A DNA stretch of 64,000 bases, taken from NCBI RefSeq assembly GCF_009914755.1, contig NC_060930.1; one strand, 5' to 3'. The position numbers and the translations under genes were made by a program. Under the pieces are notes generated by a model. The model was not told the origin of the DNA. It saw only the letters and a list, made by a program, of their open reading frames with translations, and did no database searches. This stretch comes from the human T2T-CHM13v2.0 reference genome, Homo sapiens. Below, one piece after another: positions 1-14,193 of this stretch (position 1 is its first letter; each line of letters opens with the position of its first letter).

Positions 1-7
1 ATGGTCT

Positions 8-1027
8 TTACAGTATGTTTTTGCAGTAGCTGGTACCGGTTTTTCCTTTCCATATTTAGTGCTTCCTTCAGCAGCTCTTGTAAGGCAGGCCTGGTGGTAA
101 CAAAATATCTCAGCACTTGCTTGTCTGTAAAAGATTTTATTTCTTCTTTTCTATGAAGCTTAGTTTGGCTGGATATGAAATTCTGGGTTGAAAATTCTTT
201 TCTTTAAGAATGTTGATTATTGGCCCCCACTCTCTTCTGGCTTGTAGGGTTTCTGCAGAGAGACTGGCTGTTAGTCTCAGGGGCTTCCCTTTCTGGGTAA
301 CCTGACCTTTCTCTCTGGCTGCCCTTAACATTTTTTCCTTCATTTCAACCTTGGTGAATCTGACAATTATGTGTCTTGGGGTTGCTCTTCTCGAGGAGTA
401 TCTTTGTGGTGTTTTCTGTATTTCTTGAATTTGAATGTTGGTCTGCCTTGCTAGGTTGGGGAAGTTCTCCTGGATAATATCTTGAAGAGTGTTTTCCAAC
501 TTGGTTCCATTCTCCCTGTCACTTTCAGGTACATCAATCAAATGTAGGTTTGGTCTTTTCACAAAGTCCCATATTTCTTGGATGCTTTGTTCATTCTTTT
601 TCATTCTTTTTTCTGTAAACTTGTCTTCACGCTTTATTTCATTAAGTGCATGTTCAACCTCTGATATCCTTTCTTCTGCTTGATTAATCTGGCTATTGAT
701 ACTTGTGTATGCTTCATGAAGTTCTTGTGCTGTTTTTTTCAGCTCCATCAGGTCATTTATGTTCTTCTCTAAACTGGTTATTCTAGTTAGCAATTCCTCT
801 AACCTTTTTTCAAGGTTCTTAGCTTCCTTGCATTGGGTTAGAACATGCTCCTTTAGCTCAGAGGAGTTTGTTATTACCCACCTTCTGAAGCCTACTTCTG
901 TGAATTCGTCAAACTCATTCTCTGTCTAGTTTTTTTCCCTTGCTGGCAAGGAGTTGTGATCCTTTGGAGGAGAAAAGGCGTCCTGGTTTTTGGTATTTTC
1001 AGCCTTTTTGCACTGGTTTTTCCCCAT
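8..1027 (-). pseudogene. Disrupted L1 ORF1p
   Basis: ATG at 1027 (MGKNQCKKAEN...) is in frame with 137..793. Codon 34 is TAG (926-928) where the family has Trp. A 1-nt deletion near 150 shifts the C-terminus (SFIEKKK* instead of SFISEGEIK). Confidence 0.85.
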
Positions 1028-1734
1028 CTTCTTGGATTTATCTACCTTTGGTCTTTGATGTTGGTGACCTTCAGATAGGGTTTTTGTGTGGACATCCTTT
1101 TGTTGATGTTGATGCTCTTCCTTTCTGTTTGTTAGTTTTCCTTCAAACAGTCAGGCCCCTCTGCTGCAGGTCTGCTGGAGTTTGCTGGAAGCCAACTCCA
1201 GACCCTGTTTGTCTGGATGTCACCAGCAGAGGCTGCAGAACAGCAAAGATTGCTGCCTGGTCCTTCCTCTGGAAGCTTTGTCCCAGAGGGCCACCCGCCA
1301 GATGCCAGCCAGAGCTCTCCTGTATGAGGTGTCTGTTGACCCCTGCTGGGAGGTGTCTCCCAGTCGGGAGGCACGGGGGTCATGGATCCACGTGAGGAGG
1401 CAGTCTGTCCCTTAGCAGAGCTTGAGTCCTATGTTGGGAGATCTGCTGCTCTCTTCAGAGCCAGCAGGCAGAAACATTTAAGTCTGTTGAAGCTGCACCC
1501 ACAGCCGCCCCTTCCCCCAGGTGCTCTGTCCCAGGGAGATGTGAGTTTTATCTATAAGCCCCTGACTGGGGCTGCAGCCTTTGTTTCAGAGATGTCCTGC
1601 CCAGAGAGGAGTAATCTAGAGAGGCAGTCTGGCTACAGCAGCTTTGTTGAGCTGCAGGGGGCTCCACTCAGTTCGAACTTCCTGGAGGCTTTGTTTATAC
1701 TGTGAGGGGAAAACTGCCTACTCAAGCTTCAGTA

Positions 1735-1953
1735 ATGGTGGACACCCCTCCCCCCACCAAGCTCCAGCACCCCAGGTCGACTTCAGACTGCTGTGCTGGC
1801 AGCAAGAATTTCAAGCCAGTGGATCTTAGCTTGCTGGGATCTGTGGGGGTGGGATCCGCTGAGCTGGACCACTTGGCTCCCTGGCTTCAGCCCCCTTTCC
1901 AGGGGGGTAAACGGTTCTGTCTTGCTGGCGTTCCAGGCACCACTGGGGTATGA
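1735..1953 (+). CDS. L1 ORF0-like antisense ORF, 72 aa (translation unproven)
   Basis: gtaATGG strong Kozak context. MVDTPPPTKLQHPRSTSDCCAGS...SVGVGSAE aligns by eye with L1 ORF0 (MAGAPPPASLPPCSLISDCCASN...SVGVGPSE). Confidence 0.45.
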   Translation: MVDTPPPTKLQHPRSTSDCCAGSKNFKPVDLSLLGSVGVGSAELDHLAPWLQPPFQGGKRFCLAGVPGTTGV

Positions 1954-2384
1954 AAAGAAACAAAACAAAACAAACAGCAGCTAGCTCAGTGTCTGCCCAG
2001 ATGGCCACCCAGTTTTGTGCTTGAAACCCAGGGCCCTGGTGGTGTAGGCACCTGAGGGAATCTCTTGATCTGCAGGTTGCGAAGACCATGGGAAAAGCGA
2101 AGTATCTGAGCCGGAATGTACCATTTCTCACAGCACAGTCCCTCACAGCTTCCCTTGGCTAGGAGAGGGAATTCCCCGACCCCTTGCACTCCCTGGGTGA
2201 GGCAAAGCCCCACCTTGCTTCAGCTTGCCCTCCATGGGCCGTACCCACTGTCTAACCAGTCGCAATGAGATGAGCCAGGTACCTCAGTTGTAAATGCAGA
2301 AATCACCCGCCTCTGTGTTGATATCACTGGGAGCTGCAGATGAGAGCTGTTCCTATTCTGTCATCTTGCCCAGGTCTGGTGTTA

Positions 2385-3060
2385 AAACTTTTAAGCATTT
2401 TATTAGTTATTTGAATGTCTTCTTTTGTGAATTAGCATTTATTTTCCCATTTTTCTACTAAAGTCTATCTTAATGATGTATGCCTCAGATATTATGACAA
2501 TAAATCCTCTCTGTGTCTTAAGTTTGCAGGTCTTTCCCCAAATTATGTGTTTTCATATTTTGTTTGGCATATTTAGATAGGTAAGGTTTTAATTATCTTT
2601 ATATTAGTCCATTTTCTTGTGGATTTTAAAATATTGCTCTAATGCTTGGAAGGTTCTCCTCCATCTTCAGATGACATAAACATACACCTATTTGGCCTTT
2701 TGAAAATATTTAACTCTTTAATCTAGCTACAATTTACTTTGCAATATAATATAAAGATCTAACATTTTCCCCCAGTAGTTAATCAACTGTCCTAGTACTA
2801 TTTATCAAATAGTTTATTCTTTATCTATTGGTTTATAGCTATCTATATCATATACATGATTTTATTTGTAGGCTCTCTTTTCCATTTCACTAATGTGTTT
2901 GTCTATACCTGAGTCAACACTGTGTCATTTTAATTATTGTAACTTTGAAGAACTTTTCAATATCTGGGTATGGCTTGTCTCCTTCAATATAATTTTGTCA
3001 AAACCTTCTTGACTGTTTTCACCTATTGTTTTCTCACCTATTTTTTTAAAACTAAATTAA
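2385..3060 (-). mobile_element. Old L1M fragment
   Basis: T-rich degenerate L1 3'-region wording (gaatgtcttcttttgtgaa, acactgtgtcattttaattattgtaacttt). Confidence 0.5.
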
Positions 3061-3068
3061 CTTTGGTG

Positions 3069-3433
3069 GGATATGGTTTGGATGTGTCTCCACCCAAATC
3101 TCATCTTGAATTGTAGCTCCCCTAATTCCCATGTGTTGTGGGAAGGATCCGTTAGGAGACAATTTAATCATGGGGGCAGTTCCCCCATAATGTTGTTCTT
3201 GTGGTAGTGGGTAAGTCTCATGAGATCTGATGGCTTTAGCAGGGGTTTCCCCTTTCACTTGGCTCTTATTCCCTCTTGCCTGCCACCACGTAAGACGTGT
3301 CTTTCACCTTCCAACATGATTGTGAGGCCTCCCCAGCTACGTGGAACTATGAGTTCATTAAAACTTTTTTCCTTTATAAATTATCCAGTCTCAGGTATGT
3401 CTTTAATTAGCAGCATGAGAACAGACTAATACA
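3069..3433 (+). mobile_element. THE1-type MaLR solo LTR
   Basis: Starts gATATGGTTTGG..CCCAAATCTCATCTTGAATTGTAGCTCCC and ends GCAGCATGAGAACAGACTAATACA; ~365 bp. Confidence 0.9.
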
Positions 3434-3769
3434 CAGTGTAATCAATTATTTGTCCAGAACGTATCACATGCATTCATTTCATGTTTGTACCAGGAGTTTG
3501 TGGTCTCAGCAGAGTCGGTAGTTTTCTTCATGTTGGTCTTCATGTAATACTTGTATGTTCCTGTAGGTCAGAGGTTAAGTTGGCTTGCTTGGTTTTCTGC
3601 TCTGGTTTCACAATGTTGAAATCAAGGTGTCATCAGGGTTGCAGTGTTTTCTATCTCTTAACAATCCTTAATTCTTAGGTCCTGTATAGTTTCATTTGTT
3701 CTCCTTGTGGATCTTATGTTTATTTGAGGGATGTGAGGAGGAGATTTGGAATCAGGATACTGTTACTGT

Positions 3770-4076
3770 TTTTTTTTTGTTTTGTTTTTTGTTTTTTGAG
3801 ACAGGCTCTCACTCTGTCACCCAGGCTGGAGTGCAGTGGCACAATCTTGGGTCACTGCAACATCTGCCACCTGGGTTCAAATGAGTCTCCTGCCTCAGCC
3901 TCCTGAGTAGCTGGGATTACAGTTGCCTGCCACTGCATCCAGCTAATTTTTGTAGTTTTAGTAGAGATGGGGTTTCATCATCTTGGCCAGGCTGGTCTTA
4001 AACTCCTGACCTTATGATTCACCCGCCTCGACCTCCCAAAGTGCTGGGATTACAGGCGTGGGCCACCACGCTGGCC
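3770..4076 (-). mobile_element. AluS
   Basis: Full dimeric Alu, reverse orientation, T-rich tail at left. Confidence 0.93.
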
Positions 4077-4522
4077 CTGTATTGTTCTTTAACTTCATTT
4101 TAATTTTTCTAACAGCTTTGTAAGTTATTATCACCCCTCAGTCCATTAAATGAGAGAAAACTGAGGCCCATAGAAGTTAAGTGCTACTCAAGAATGAGGT
4201 AAGTGGTACACCTGCGATTTGCTGATACACATTTAATAAAATTTCAGGGTTGAAGAAACTAACATTTCCATTGCTCAGTGGCTACTGAAATTCCTGCTCG
4301 AATATTTCCAGTAATAAGGGACTCACTGCCTCCAAATGAGCCTGCTTCATTTTTGGATTCTCTAAATATGGCTAAAAATTATGTTGTATTGAATTCTGCT
4401 TCTATGTATCTTCAAGGGTTGGAGCAAACAAAGTTTAAATCTAAGCTTCTATCCTTGCTCTAGTCCTTTATTATTGAAGACAGCAATGCACCATGGTTTT
4501 CCATAATACATTTTTAATTTAA

Positions 4523-4650
4523 TTTTTTTTAAGAGATGAGGTTTTGCCATGTTTCCCAGGCTGAAATGCAGTGGTCATTCACAGGCACAATCGTAGCACA
4601 CTGCAGCCTCAAAATCCTGGCCTCAAGTTTCCTCAGTATCTGTGATTGGC
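4523..4650 (-). mobile_element. Old Alu monomer fragment (FLAM/AluJ-like)
   Basis: agagatgaggttttgccatgtttcccaggctg...cactgcagcctc. Confidence 0.6.
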
Positions 4651-6272
4651 TCAATCATACATTTTCGAGTGCCCTTCATCAAATGGCCACATTGTTTTAG
4701 ACATGCCCTGCTTTACTTATACCTCTATTGTGCAGTAATGAACACAGAACTACTTGGAAAATGCCAACTTAAAATAAAGTAGGCAGTTTGTTGTCCTACT
4801 TTGAAAATTATATCCTGTGTAGCATGTTTTGGGGTGTGGTGTATGTGTCTACGATCGCATACAGGTTGTATTCGTTTTTTGGAACATCATGTCACTCTGT
4901 GGGCCACATAGGTAGTGGTTAGGAAAATTCACAAGTCTTTTTCCACATGTGATGGTAAGTCACATGTCCCCCATGAAGTCCTTGTGCAATTAGCTGTCTG
5001 ACTCCAGGAGCTGGACTTCCATATTTATACCAATTCAATTTCTTTGTATCCAACCCTGCCCATCCTTTCAGGCTGCTGAGATTTCACTTGGACCTTGATT
5101 CATCTACTGTAACACTGTTTGCTTCTTTTAAAAAATAAATCATAATTCCAACAATGTTTTCATTTTAATAAAAATTAAAATGTGGTGTAGGACAGGATTG
5201 AAAGCAGAGTCCTGTTGCTTGCCACCCAAATCCTCCCTCTAAATTGATGATTTTTAAAGCAGTACTTTTAAAGCTATGTGACACACTATTGGTAGACTAT
5301 AACCCATTTTCTTTTAGCCATTTAACATTTATGCATGCACATCTACCTGAAAATGTAGCCAAATATTTGAGGATCTTATAAAACTTAGGATTTTTATTTC
5401 AGATAAATGGGTCAAACAATCTTCTCTTTCAATACACTGTCTTCATTCTTTCCCTGCCTTTCTACCCCCTACCCTAGTCCATTTCTCAAAGAATAAAATC
5501 CACATAGGTACCTTTTAATAGGTTCCATTGTTTCATTTGAGTATCACCAGTGTACATAATGTCACATGCTTTCTATTAGCTCTTTCTCAGCATGTATTGG
5601 CATTTTAATTTTACCTTAATTTTTTTCTCTTCTCCTTAGGCAGGATAACAATCCATTTGCCAGTTGGCTGCCTGTATGTTCCTAATAATAGACTATGACC
5701 TAATCGCAAGTATATTCACTGAACATGGGGGACTTACCACCTACAGTGGGGGCATAAAAAGATTATTTCTAATTAAGATAGCAATGAGAATATTTCATAG
5801 GAATTTATCTCCTGTAAAATTCTTCTACAGTAATATACATCCACATAAGCTCAATACAGTGAAAGACCACATTGTTCTAAATGGAAGGTCAATATTTTTT
5901 TTTAACGAAAGCTTGTCGTATTTAGATTTATATCAAATCCCTGCTCGCAAAACAAATAGAACAACAAAAAGCCTGAACACTTACTGTAATTAAGTAGATA
6001 TTAGACTAAACACAGGACCTACTGGAAGAGCTACACTTTACACAGGAGTGTAAGTTTCATCTAAGCTTTATTTGCTAGTTGTTATTACCAACAGAAAATG
6101 ATGATGCTGTTCAAGTCACCAAGAAGGGCTTCATCCCTTTAAGATTCAAAAAAGTTTCATGTCTTTAGATTTTAGAAAAAAATGATATAGCAAAAGTAAT
6201 CTGTATACTAATTTGTATATTAACTGCAGTGGTGGTTACAAGAATCTATGCATGTAATAACATGGTGTAGAA

Positions 6273-6274
<2 letters not shown>

Positions 6275-6311
<37 letters not shown>
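6275..6311. repeat. (AC)~18 microsatellite within an L1MC-like 3' fragment
   Basis: Direct read; flanks (gggaacctgggtgaaaggtacataggatctct) resemble an old L1 3' end. Confidence 0.9.
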
Positions 6312-6313
<2 letters not shown>

Positions 6314-7077
6314 TGTACCAATGTCAGTTTCCTGGTCTTGCTACTGTGCTGTAGCAAATGTTGTAAAATGTGACCACTGGGGGAACCTGGGTGAAAGGTA
6401 CATAGGATCTCTCCAAACAATTTTTGCAACTTCCTATAAATCTATAATTATTTCTAAATTAAAATAAAAACATCCCAATCCTACATAATCTATTCACTGT
6501 ATAGTTCATCCCAAAAAAGTTAGCTTAGTATCATTTAACCAATATTTGCCAAGGTTAAACATAACTTTATTGCCTTTAGTCATTTCTAGAATGAGGCAGG
6601 ATTATAAACAAATAAACTACTTTATGAGTCACTGAATGCTTAGGAATTTTGTGATTAAATGAATAAAGTAAACTTATAAAGTGAAAGTAACCAAACAGTC
6701 AATTTTCAGCAAGTAAAAGAAAGAGAGAATCCCAACTCTAAAAAATTAGGCCTGCTAATTAAGCGGTTAAAGCCTTCTTTTTGTTTTTTCCATATTACAT
6801 GAACATGTATTGCCCCATAGGTCATTCCATAATCAAATAATGGAAAAAGCAAGGTTCTCAGAATCTTCTATTCATTTAGTTTCAGGAAGATACTCCTCAG
6901 GAAAGACTCAGAGTTGCATGTGATTCTCTGTTGTTCACTGTCATGATAGTCAATGCTATCCAGCTAACCTGTTGAGCATACTCAGCTGGTAGATTGGGAA
7001 ATCCCCACAATTCTAAATTTAAACATATGAACCCGGATAATTTGGTGTTGTGTACATAAAGTGATTTTATATATATA

Positions 7078-7538
7078 TGAAACCGACCCAATAGTCCCCT
7101 AGACAGTTTTTTTTGGATAAACATAGAAATTGCCCATCTGGTTTTAAAATTTGAAACTTACATTTGTTTTATCAGAGTTCCTTCCTCAGGAAACCACATT
7201 CAGACCTCTCAAAAGAAAAAGAAAATTAAAGAACTGAAACTCACCAGATCACCACATCCAGACAATGAGATGCCAGACCCTTCATTCATCATGATTGCTT
7301 CGTTACCCCTCCTCTCTAGTTCTTGTTTTCTTACACATTGTTACATAGCAGGGAAGACCCTGCTATATAAACCCCTAGTTTTAGTTGGTCAGGGAGATGG
7401 ATTTGGGACTGAGCTCCCATCTCCTTGGCTGCAGCATCAGATTAAAGCCTTCTTCCTTGGCAGTACTCTTCGTCTCAGTCACTGGCTTTCTGTGCAGCAA
7501 GCGGCAGGACCCAGATGAACCCATGGTGTTTCAGTAAC

Positions 7539-7539
<1 letters not shown>
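7078..7539 (+). mobile_element. ERV1-class solo LTR (LTR45-like)
   Basis: TG...CA termini (TGAAACCG...GTAACA), TATATAAA at ~7364, ATTAAA at 7441; flanked by TA-rich runs. Subfamily tentative. Confidence 0.75.
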
Positions 7540-7572
<33 letters not shown>

Positions 7573-8393
7573 GGATGATGGAATTACTTTACAGAATGTC
7601 TGAGTGACAACCTAAAAAAGGGTGAACTCTTGTAGCAGCTCACACCATGAAAACTATAAGCACAGTGAGAAATATGAGTAACATTTAGGACATATTAGCA
7701 TTCTTTAGCTAACATTATTGCTGACGGTTGTTTGCTAGAACTTGAATCTCGGGATTAAGCAAGCCAGGAAAATTTCTCCTAATCCTGCAGATCATCATAT
7801 TAAAGCTCCAGACCAAACATGTAGGCCAGAGAATGACAGATTTTTCCTCTACATTTTCTTAATCTTAATCTTAGACTAACCATAGACATCAGATTGAATT
7901 TTTTAGGCACTTTCATTACTATCATAAAATTAAAAGGCAAGCAAAAGAATGAAATTTGGGTTCCTGCAGGTCATATGATACCAAAAGAGAGGAAATAAAT
8001 GAAAAAACCATGGATTGTTAAGTCAGAGAGCCCTCGATTCCAGATAAATACCTGGCACCAACAAGCTTAAGAGTGTGTGAAAGATATTTAGGCAAATTAA
8101 GTTAGACAAGATTACGTGTGGTTACAAATAGTCTCCTTCCTCCAACCCTGCCTTGAATCTCAGAAGTTTATCAATTAACCAATGTGTCCAACAGCAGTCA
8201 GCAGAGGGGCACTATCCAGTCTAGTCACTCAAGGATCAAGGTGACAAAGCCTCCGTCTTGAAAAACCTCTCACCAACACAGAAGGAAGGGCACACAAGCT
8301 CTTAATACTTCCCTGGCTCTTCTGTTCACATTTCATTGATGAAAACAAGTCACACAGCCACACCTAACCTCAGAAGATGTAGAGAAGTGCAAT

Positions 8394-8773
8394 TGATAGA
8401 GGCAGGACACAGCCACATCTCCAACCCGACCCACAAGTCTTTACACCAGATGCTTTGTGCAGATATGGGAGCCAGCACAGGGGGCTTGTCTGGGCATGCC
8501 CCACAACCACTAGGAGAATGGGTGGAGCCACCAGGAATTCATGAATTATGAGGGGAAAGAGCCTGGCCTCTTCAACTCACGTGTGGTGGCCTGCCATTCA
8601 ATTTTTGTGAGGTGGAAACCTGCATGAAGGACCCCTCTCTTTGTTGGGAGCTTTCTTTTCACTTAATAAATTCCATCCTCCTCAGTCTTCGATGTCTCTG
8701 TGTGCCTAATTTTTCCTGGTTGTAAGACAAGAACTGGATTTAGCTAAACTAAGGAGCAAAAAATCCTGTATCA
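8394..8773 (+). mobile_element. ERV1-class solo LTR (MER61/LTR27-28 group) nested in an older MLT1-like LTR
   Basis: TGATA...TATCA termini, exact CAAT/CAAT 4-bp TSD (8390-8393, 8774-8777), AATAAA at 8665. Confidence 0.75.
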
Positions 8774-8929
8774 CAATCTTCTCATGTGCCAGAGGAGAAC
8801 GGGAAGATTCATAAACAACTCCAGTTACTACCACATTTTCTTAAATCCTTCAACTTCAGTTTCCTGCCCTGGAAAATTAAGACGATGATACCTAACTTAG
8901 AGGATACTTGTGTTTATCACTTCATGGTC

Positions 8930-9145
8930 ATGATCAGACCTCTGGTGCCACACTGCCTAGGCTGAAATCCCAGTTTTAAGGCTCGTTAGCATAACCTTGG
9001 GCAGTTTTCTTAATCTCTTTCATCTCAGATTCCTCATCTGAAAAATAATGTTCATGCATATTGAACTGTGAGGATTAAATCTGTTAATATAAGCCAAATG
9101 TTTAGAATAGTGCCCTGTACATAGTAAGGACACTAAGTATTTGCT
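8930..9145 (+). mobile_element. MIR SINE
   Basis: Core accttgggcagttttcttaatctct..ctcag..cctcatctgaaaa; gtgaggattaaat; acatagtaag. Confidence 0.75.
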
Positions 9146-9525
9146 CTTGACCCCTGGCATGGCTTTGGAATGTACAGAATCCTCAGTGATTATTGGTTAT
9201 CTGATTATTATTACTATAATAGAAGCCTGGCTTGCTGCTGCCCGTCATTGACTTACTAAATACCTGTGAAAGGAAAGTCAGCAAAAAAAAAAAAAAATCA
9301 GATTCCACAAAATGAGTTGGAATATATTATGTAGAATTGAAAGGTTCACTGAAGTATAAGTTTAGCAATAAGCACAACAGGGGTAGTCCCCACAAAATTA
9401 GAAGCTTCCTGAGGTGGGAGCATCTAGTTGCTTGCTACTGATGTCCAATGCTAAGACTGAGCTGAGTATTCGTGGAGTGGGATGGGTTGAAATGGCCCAG
9501 AATAGTTGCAGCGATTGCACTGTAA

Positions 9526-9966
<441 letters not shown>

Positions 9967-10716
9967 AAAGGTGGTTTTTAAAAATGTGGAATTTTATTTG
10001 TCTTCATAGGAACACCTAACCCTAGTGTTGAAAGCTTTTTAGTACAGCCAGAAATTCACGGCTTTCAAGTGACTGAATTATATGGTGAAGTCCTGGATGT
10101 TATCAGATTCTCAAATAATGGGCATTACCAAACTACAGAAATAACTAATCTACTCGATGAAACTTGGAGGTTAAAATAAAAAGTATTTTTCTCCCTGGGC
10201 CAAAAAGAAGTATTTTAAAGCCATACTTGGCTTTTTGATGACAAAGCTTTTGATGAATTCAAAATTACAGAATGTTTCTAGACACTTTAAAGTCACAGGG
10301 CATTTAAAAAGTCAGTTTTAAGGTAATTTTTTATTCTTTAATTGTGGTTAAGATCATCCAGACCATCATATTTATCTCAGACATGCAAACTAGTATACTA
10401 CAGAGATGTGTTAAACTGAAGACATAAATGTATGTATAGTTCAAATATTCCTAGAAGTAAATGATAACTTTAAGAATGTTCATCCTGGTGAGGGCACTGT
10501 TATTTTGTTCAAAACTATTTCTTGTTGAATGAGACTATTCCAAGCCTCATAGGAGTGGCATTCTGCAGTTACTGTGACAAGCAAAAATGCCTGCACACTG
10601 CACACATTTCTAAACACTACTGTGGGACTGTACTGTCTCCAGAAGAGACGCTTCAAGGGGACTTTGTTAGCATATGTGCCTTGCTGAAGGAATCACGGTT
10701 TTTGAGTTTGGGTTGA

Positions 10717-11046
<330 letters not shown>

Positions 11047-11744
11047 TAAAAGACACTTTTAGCACCACAAAATTCTTTTGTCCAAAGAAAAAGCAAAAAC
11101 TAATCATAATAGCCATTCTAGAAATTAAAAATATGAACAGTAAGTGCATAATCTATTCATATTCTTGATTCTGAGGAAATCTTACATTCAACAAATATGA
11201 TAGTAGAGGGCTTATGTTTTTCTGTCCCAATCCTGGGTTACCTGACTATAGAAAAGATTAAAGAATCAGAGTCAGAAGCTGGCAGTGTCTCCTTCAGTCC
11301 TCCTGCGGCTCTACCGAGAGCCTATATAACCCTGGGTAAGCCAGTTAACCGTGTTTTGACCTCTTTCTTACAACGTGGGTAAGTGAGGCAATGCAGCAAC
11401 ATGGCAACAGCCGAATGCCCTTTAACATCAGCCTTTTTTCTCCTCATCTTTCAGTAATTTCGTTACTTGCCAGAAAATGAGGTGGACTGGTAGCTTTTGA
11501 GGGAAGTGATGTTCTAGAAGACAGTATACACTGCAGTATTTTGGAGAAAAGAGAATGTTTGCTGAAACGTCTCTTTGCTTATGGATAGCGTAATCTTTTA
11601 TGCCAGTTTCAGAGAACGTTCCTCAAGATATGTGCTGTTGCTATGTTTTTAGAGAAAGATGATCTGGGATAAAGTTTCTCTTAGTGACTGCTGGAATAAG
11701 AGTTTTACCTGCCTTATTTAAGACCAGATAATACAGCGTTTTTT

Positions 11745-13290
11745 TTTAAATTTTAGAAACTTTTAATTAAAGTATAACATACAATCAGAAAAGTGCATGA
11801 GTCACCATAGATATGTATCACCATAGATAACTATAGTTTTGCCTGTTTTTGAAATTAATGTAAATAGAAACATACGGTATGTTCTCTTCAGTGTCTGGTT
11901 TATTTTGTCCAACTTTATGTTTGTGAGATGCACTTATATCAGAAGTTGCAAATCATTCATTCTCAGTGCTAGATAGTATTCTGTTGTACGAATATTTCAC
12001 AATTTACGAATCCTACTGTTGGCATTTGGATAATTCCTGATTTGGGGCTATTACAAATAGTGCTGCTATGAACATTCTTATTCATTTCTTCTGAAGAACA
12101 CTGTGCAAATTTCTGTGAGGTAGGTAACAGCAACTGGGTCACAGGATATGGATCTGTTCAGCGTTAAGTAGAGACCACTAAGAAGTTCTCTAAAGTGGCT
12201 GTACCAACTTATGCTTTCATCTGCAGTGTTACTCCACCTCCTTGCCAATACCAGATTTTTTTGTCTTTTTAATTTTACCCATTCTAGTAGGTGTGTCTTG
12301 CCATTGAGCTGTGATTTCATTTGCACTTATTTGATGACTAATAAGGTTGAGCAACTTTTTATGTTAATTGATCATCTACATATCCTCTCTGGTGAATTAT
12401 CTGTTCAAATCTTTGCTCATTTTTCTACTGGGTTGCTTGTGTTTTCTAATTAATTTATAGGAATTCTTTATATATACTGGATATAAGTTGTTTGTTATAT
12501 GTGTTGCTAATACCTCCTCTGGTATATTTTGCCTTTTCATTTTCTTAATGTTGTCTTTTGATGAACAGAAGTTCTTGGTATTATAATCCAAATTACCAGT
12601 TTTTTCTCTTTCTGGTTGGTGTTGTGTTGGGAGTTTTTTAAGGGAATTCTGCCCACTCCAAGGTCATAAGGATATTCTATATATTACTTCCTAGAAGCCT
12701 TGTTTTACCTTTCATATTAGGATCCATAGACCATCCTGTCTCCAGTGTACTTCAGTATCATCTTTATCATAATAGTGTGTCTATTCTATTTATCATTTAT
12801 CTGTTGTGTATCTGTCTGCCATTGTGCCAATATCACACTCTCATCATTACTATGGCTTTGTAACAGATCTTGATATGTGGAAGCATAATTTCTCCATCTT
12901 TTTTTCAAGATTATCTTGTCTAGCTTTTGCTGTTTGAATTCTAAATTTTAGAATCAGTTTATTAATTTCCAAACATACACCTGCTTACATTTTGATTGGG
13001 ACTGTACTGAATCTACAGATCAACTTGGGGAGAATTAGCCACTTAACAATACTGAGTCCTGTTCTCTATGAACATGGTTTATCTCTCCATTTATTCAGGT
13101 CTTCTATAATTTATCTCAATAATATTTAGTTTCCAGTGCGGAGGTCTTATGCATCGTCTGTTAGATTTCCCCTTGGTGCATTTGATAGTTTTTAATGTTA
13201 TTATAAGAAGTATCTTTTAAAAATTTTCATTTTTATTTGTTTGTTGCTGATATATAGATATACAACTGATTTTTATATATTAACCATATA
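11745..13290 (-). mobile_element. Old L1M (L1MC/ME-like) 3' segment
   Basis: Typical L1 3' wording (ggctattacaaatagtgctgctatgaacatt; aatctacagatcaacttggggagaatt). Confidence 0.75.
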
Positions 13291-13363
13291 GTTTTCCAAT
13301 GATAAAGTTAACCAAAATAACACCTAAAACCCAATTTTGTAATTAATAACCTGCTTTCTGCTA

Positions 13364-13721
<358 letters not shown>

Positions 13722-14193
13722 CTAAGCCAGAGTAGTTTATAGAAATATATCACCACTAGGTATTATAAAGAATTACTAATTCAAACAAATAGAGACAAGG
13801 AGACTATAAATTCATAAATGAATAAAGTACATATGATACCTTTATTTCTACTGAGTTTTTAATGACACAATTAGGCTTACAAAGCTTGTCAATTAAAGCT
13901 TATGTCTTTTTTCAAATATAAATGGATGTTTACATTTAAAAGTAATCTGTTCTTTTAAAGTCTTTATGGCGTTTGCTTAGCAACCAATATATAAACATAA
14001 CATAAAGATAAATCATCCTTACCAGTATTTAGAGAGTTACAAACTTGAATAGAGTTAGGTTCAAATTAATATGTTTACTTGTATCAGATACAATGATAAT
14101 TTGAATATATATAACATATGCAACATATATAAACACACAAACATGTAACTTTTTATATTATATAACTCCTTAGCAATATCATCTCAGCAAATA

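Larger units (their letters stand above)
1..2372 (-). mobile_element. LINE-1 (L1PA7/8-like) 5' UTR + ORF1; continues beyond window start
   Basis: ORF 137..793 translates to L1 ORF1p (ENFPNLARQ, RRATPRHIIVRF, ARREW, YPAKLS). The L1 5' end GGCAAGATGACAGAATAGGAACAGCTC reads on the minus strand from ~2370. The long ~1.35 kb 5' UTR is typical of older L1PA subfamilies. Confidence 0.93.

Noticed and set aside
137-793. 218-aa ORF as a functional gene
   Set aside because: Internal fragment of L1 ORF1 with a non-ATG start, an upstream nonsense codon and a downstream frameshift.
5664-5993. 109-aa plus-strand ORF after a strong splice acceptor
   Set aside because: Non-ATG start, no recognisable homology, AT-biased composition; kept only as a possible splice partner for L1 antisense transcripts.
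8198-8213. CTCF-like TCAGCAGAGGGGCACT
   Set aside because: An extra G breaks the core spacing.
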